Shown piece after piece: positions 60,825 to 64,000 of a stretch of DNA of 64,000 bases. The notes beneath the pieces are model-generated. The model saw only the letters and a program-made list of their open reading frames with translations, searched no databases and was not told the origin of the DNA. Source of the stretch: an uncultured Acidobacteriota bacterium (GTDB taxonomy: Bacteria; Acidobacteriota; UBA6911). Position numbers and translations under genes: made by a program. The stretch lies in contig CAWEJX010000015.1 in NCBI GenBank assembly GCA_963809485.1, positions 160,001 through 224,000 of the forward strand, written 5' to 3'. Numbering within the stretch: position 1 is the first letter of the stretch; every line of letters begins with the position of its first letter.

Positions 60825-61435
60825 TTTCGGCCTCCCCGGGCTATACCGGCCGGTATAGCATTTTCAGCCATCCGCGGAGCCGGCAAAAGCAGGTCGACAA
60901 GTTTTTCGGCGCTTCGGCGTGTCAGCGTACGGCGCCCTGTAAAGAGGTACTCCAGGATCTGGATGAGCATCATCCCCATCATGGCCGATGCGCTCATTTC
61001 CGGATCTTTGGCGCGCCGGCTTTTCCCCGAATCCTCCGCGATCAGGCCCGCGATGGTCTTTCGCTCGAGCTTGAACTCCTCGATAAAGTTGAAATAGGGA
61101 TATTCCCCCTCGGGCGAAAACATCATCCGGAACAGAAACCGCACGCTGCTGGGATCCTTGCGGCTGTTGGCGTATTCCCTGAATATGTAGGAGACCAGGC
61201 GCTGCCTCAGGGAACCGCGCGAATTCGACAGGCGCAGCAGGTTCTTCCTCGACTGGTTGAAAAGATCGATCATCAGTTCGTGGTACAGGTGCTCCTTGCT
61301 GCGGAAGTGGTAATAAAGCACCGGCTTGGTTACGCCGGCCGCCTCGCAGATCTCGCGGATGGAGCAGGCCGCGTAGCCCTTCCGGGCGAAAAGCTCGATA
61401 GCTACGTCCAATATTTTGTTTCGTGCACGTTTCAT
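60821..61435 (-). CDS. TetR/AcrR family regulator
   Basis: 'ILDVAIELFARKGY...IREICEAAGVTKPVLYYHFRSKE'. Confidence 0.95.
   Translation of the reverse strand: MKRARNKILDVAIELFARKGYAACSIREICEAAGVTKPVLYYHFRSKEHLYHELMIDLFNQSRKNLLRLSNSRGSLRQRLVSYIFREYANSRKDPSSVRFLFRMMFSPEGEYPYFNFIEEFKLERKTIAGLIAEDSGKSRRAKDPEMSASAMMGMMLIQILEYLFTGRRTLTRRSAEKLVDLLLPAPRMAENAIPAGIARGGRK
60841..60858. promoter_or_regulatory. Second putative TetR operator inside the tetR 3' end
   Basis: Perfect palindrome CTATACCGGCCGGTATAG. Confidence 0.65.
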
Positions 61436-61447
61436 GATCCGGAAATA

Positions 61448-61465
61448 CTATACCGATCGGTATAG
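61448..61465. promoter_or_regulatory. Putative TetR operator
   Basis: Perfect palindrome CTATACCGATCGGTATAG, 12 nt upstream of the tetR start. Confidence 0.8.
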
Positions 61466-61581
61466 ATATTCAAGATTCGATAATTTTAACGCTGACGTAC
61501 GCCGATAAACGCTGACGTACGCTGAAAAATTATAAATAAATATTATTTTCGTAGCATTTTATGTTGATTGGGTGAGGACGG

Positions 61582-62580
61582 TTATTCATCTTTCAGCGAG
61601 CGGTCCATGAGTTGGCGGATGGCTTCCTGCGGCGAGACGCGGCCGTCCAGAATGCGCTGGACCTGATGAGTGATGGGTATTTCAACGCCTTTCTGCCGGG
61701 CGAGCTCCACCGTGGCGCCCGTAGTCCTTACTCCCTCTGCTACGGTCTTCGTCGATCCAAGGATGTCCTCGAGCTTGCGTCCCTTACCCAATTCGAATCC
61801 CACACTGCGGTTGCGGCTCAGGTGCCCGGTGCAGGTGAGAACAAGGTCTCCCATCCCGGCCAATCCGGCGAGCGTCTCGCCCCGCGCGCCGCAGGCGCAG
61901 GCCAGCCGCGTCATCTCGGCCAGACCGCGGGTGATCAGCGCGGCCTTGGGATTATGGCCCAAGCCCAATCCCTCGATGACGCCGGCGGCGATCGCGATGA
62001 CGTTTTTGACCGCGCCACCCATCTCCACGCCAATTACATCCGCAGAGGTATACAGGCGCAATGCGGACGACGAAAATTCCTGCTGCACGCTGCGGGCGGC
62101 ATCAGCATCCGCGGAAGCCACCACTACGGCAGCCGGATCTCCGCGCGCCACTTCCTGCGCAAAGCTCGGCCCCGAAAGCACGGCGAGGCGCGGGGCAAAC
62201 CGCGGCGCCACGACGCTCCCTATCACTTCGCTCATGCGCATCAGCCGCTCGGCGTCGAGCCCTTTGGTAGCGCTCACCAGAATCATTTCCGGCTTCAAAA
62301 AAGGCAGCATCTGCTCGTACAACTGCCTGCAGGCATGCGACGGCATCACGGACAGGACAAAACGGGCCTGATCGAGCACTTGTTCCAAATCGTTTGTGGG
62401 AATTATGCCTTCGGGCAGACTGACCCCGGGAAGAAACAGCCTGTTTTCGCGGTGCTTCTCGATGCTTTCGACAACTTCCGCCTCGTAGGCCCACAGCCGG
62501 ACGGCGTGGCCCAGGCGGGAAAGCGTCAGGGCAAGGGCCGTCCCCCAGCTCCCTGCCCCGATGATGGCAATATTGGACAT
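61582..62580 (-). CDS. gpsA: NAD(P)H-dependent glycerol-3-phosphate dehydrogenase
   Basis: 'GAGSWGTALA', 'SATKG', 'LSGPSFA', 'GGAVKNVIAIAAG', 'GMGDLVLTC...SRN', 'AEGV'. Confidence 0.97.
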   Translation of the reverse strand: MSNIAIIGAGSWGTALALTLSRLGHAVRLWAYEAEVVESIEKHRENRLFLPGVSLPEGIIPTNDLEQVLDQARFVLSVMPSHACRQLYEQMLPFLKPEMILVSATKGLDAERLMRMSEVIGSVVAPRFAPRLAVLSGPSFAQEVARGDPAAVVVASADADAARSVQQEFSSSALRLYTSADVIGVEMGGAVKNVIAIAAGVIEGLGLGHNPKAALITRGLAEMTRLACACGARGETLAGLAGMGDLVLTCTGHLSRNRSVGFELGKGRKLEDILGSTKTVAEGVRTTGATVELARQKGVEIPITHQVQRILDGRVSPQEAIRQLMDRSLKDE

Positions 62581-62625
62581 GTTTGGAAATGGGCTGCGGG
62601 CGGCCTTCCGGCCGCCCCTGCAGCT

Positions 62626-64000
62626 CTACTTCTGTTCCGGTGGATAGACGCTGATCTCCACCCGCCGGTTCAACGCCTGGTTGTTGGCATTGGCCGGATC
62701 GGCCGGGACATCCCATCCCTTCCCCTCGATGCTGAACTTGTTGGGATCAAACTTGAACTTCTCCACCAGAGCCCGCTTGATCGCCTCCGCGCGAGCCAGG
62801 CTCAACTCCTTCACCGCCTGGACCGGGACACGCCCCCTCATGCTCGAATCGGTGTGCCCCTCGATCATGATCACCGCCCTGGCAAACTGCCCCGACAGCT
62901 GCGCCACCCGCTCCAGAGTCGCACTGACGTTGGGATCGTACAGCTTCCCGGAAATGGTGCTGCCCGTCTCATCCCGCGCGGGCTCGTAGGGATTGGCCGA
63001 GTTGGGATAAAAGTTGATGCGGATGGTCTGCGTCAATATCGGCGATTCGGCCGTCACTTTGCGGAAACTGGACGGTGTGAACGCCGCGATGCTCTCATCC
63101 TTCTGGTGCGCGAACGTCCCCTTCTGCTGCAGCTTCTGGATGATCGAGAAGTCCATCACCTGGTCGAACGGGATCGGCGCGCTGATGCGGCCCAGTTCCC
63201 TGTAAACGTAGCTTGCGTTGCCCCAGGTGCGCTCGAAATTGGTCGGGTTGGACGAGTTCATGAAGAACTGCACGTTTTCCGCAAAATTGGTCGGATGCGC
63301 GTCGTTGCGCATGGAAAGGATCTCGTCGGGCTTCATGCCGAAGGCGTCCGCCATCCACTTGGCCGGCTGCTCCGGGCTCTGCTTGACCATGTCCATTCCT
63401 TCGAAGATCCCCGAGATCAGACCTTCGACAATCTCCGGATGGTCGCGCGCAAAGTCGGCGCGTACGGCATAAACGTCGGCGATCAGCTTGTTCGCGTCGC
63501 TCGTGCTCGAGAGCACACGGGTGCCGGCGACACGCTCCGGGATGTTATAGATGTCGGGCGCCCAGGAAACGCAGGCATCCACCTTTTTGTCCACGACGAA
63601 AGCCGCCGCCGCCTCAAACGCCGTCGCGGTATATTTAACCTTTACATCCGCCGGGCGAAGTCCGGCCGACATCAAGAAGCGACGTCAGGTAGTATTCGCT
63701 GGGCGAGTTCTGGGCCAGCGTCACGGTTTTGCCGCGCAGGTCCGCGACAGACTTGATCGAACTGCGGACGACGATGCCGTCTCCGCCGCTGGACCAGTCG
63801 ATCTGCTGGGGAATGCGCGGGGCCGTGCGCGAGTCCTTGATCAGTTCCGGCGCAAGCAGAACCATCATGTCCGCGGTGCCCCACAGCGTGTGGACCTCGC
63901 CGGCCGCAAAGGCGTCGCGCGCGGCCACCGGATCGTCCATCAGGACCATCTCGACTTGGAAGCCGTATTTGCGGGAAAAAATGCTGTCCGCATTCGGCTT
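62626..64000 (-). CDS. 5'-truncated NMT1/SsuA-like substrate-binding + OmpA C-terminal fusion (frameshift at ~63675)
   Basis: 'DWSSGGDGIVV', 'DLRGKTV', 'VSWAPD', and OmpA 'IEGHTD...LSLARA...NRRVEI'. Confidence 0.85.

Noticed and set aside
27812-63700. Frameshifts in DUF2304, wzm, wzt, RND permease and OmpA fusion as programmed frameshifting or phase variation
   Set aside because: Most are repaired by removing a single base, often in a short run; wzt has compensating pairs, and unrelated genes are hit. This is best explained by long-read indel error.
61612-63756. 714-aa plus-strand ORF and other long antisense ORFs (16252-17373, 17565-18887, 56888-57898)
   Set aside because: Shadow frames opposite well-supported GC-rich genes, with no recognisable motifs.

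Overview
Bacterial window dominated by a ~54 kb cell-surface region, followed by a visibly more GC-rich housekeeping block. In order: (1) GT-C-type membrane glycosyltransferases; (2) a Tad/Flp pilus locus (flp, cpaB, cpaC, cpaE, cpaF, tadB, tadC) with DUF192, GlsB-like and AAA+ genes and two unannotated small membrane ORFs; (3) a HisKA_2 sensor kinase paired with a REC-PAS-GGDEF(degenerate)-EAL protein; (4) a type IVa minor-pilin operon with a sigma-54 promoter, whose pilW-like gene carries one in-frame TAG; (5) an ABC-transporter-dependent polysaccharide cluster. That cluster includes a ~1580-aa protein combining a radical SAM domain, a GT2-like domain, a 4x14-aa coiled coil, an RgpF-like domain and a HAD-phosphatase/phosphoribosyltransferase (ribofuranosyltransferase-like) unit; (6) three tadE/tadE(F)/tadG cassettes, two of which are a tandem duplication with near-identical scaffolds but diverged vWA tips, each preceded by a decayed copy of a DUF6159 gene end and a REP-like palindrome; (7) pseudogene and mobile-element debris; (8) a TetR-TolC-MFP-RND operon with two palindromic operators, gpsA, and a partial substrate-binding/OmpA gene. 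Several frameshifts look like single-base long-read errors. All family calls come from motif recognition; no database search was run.
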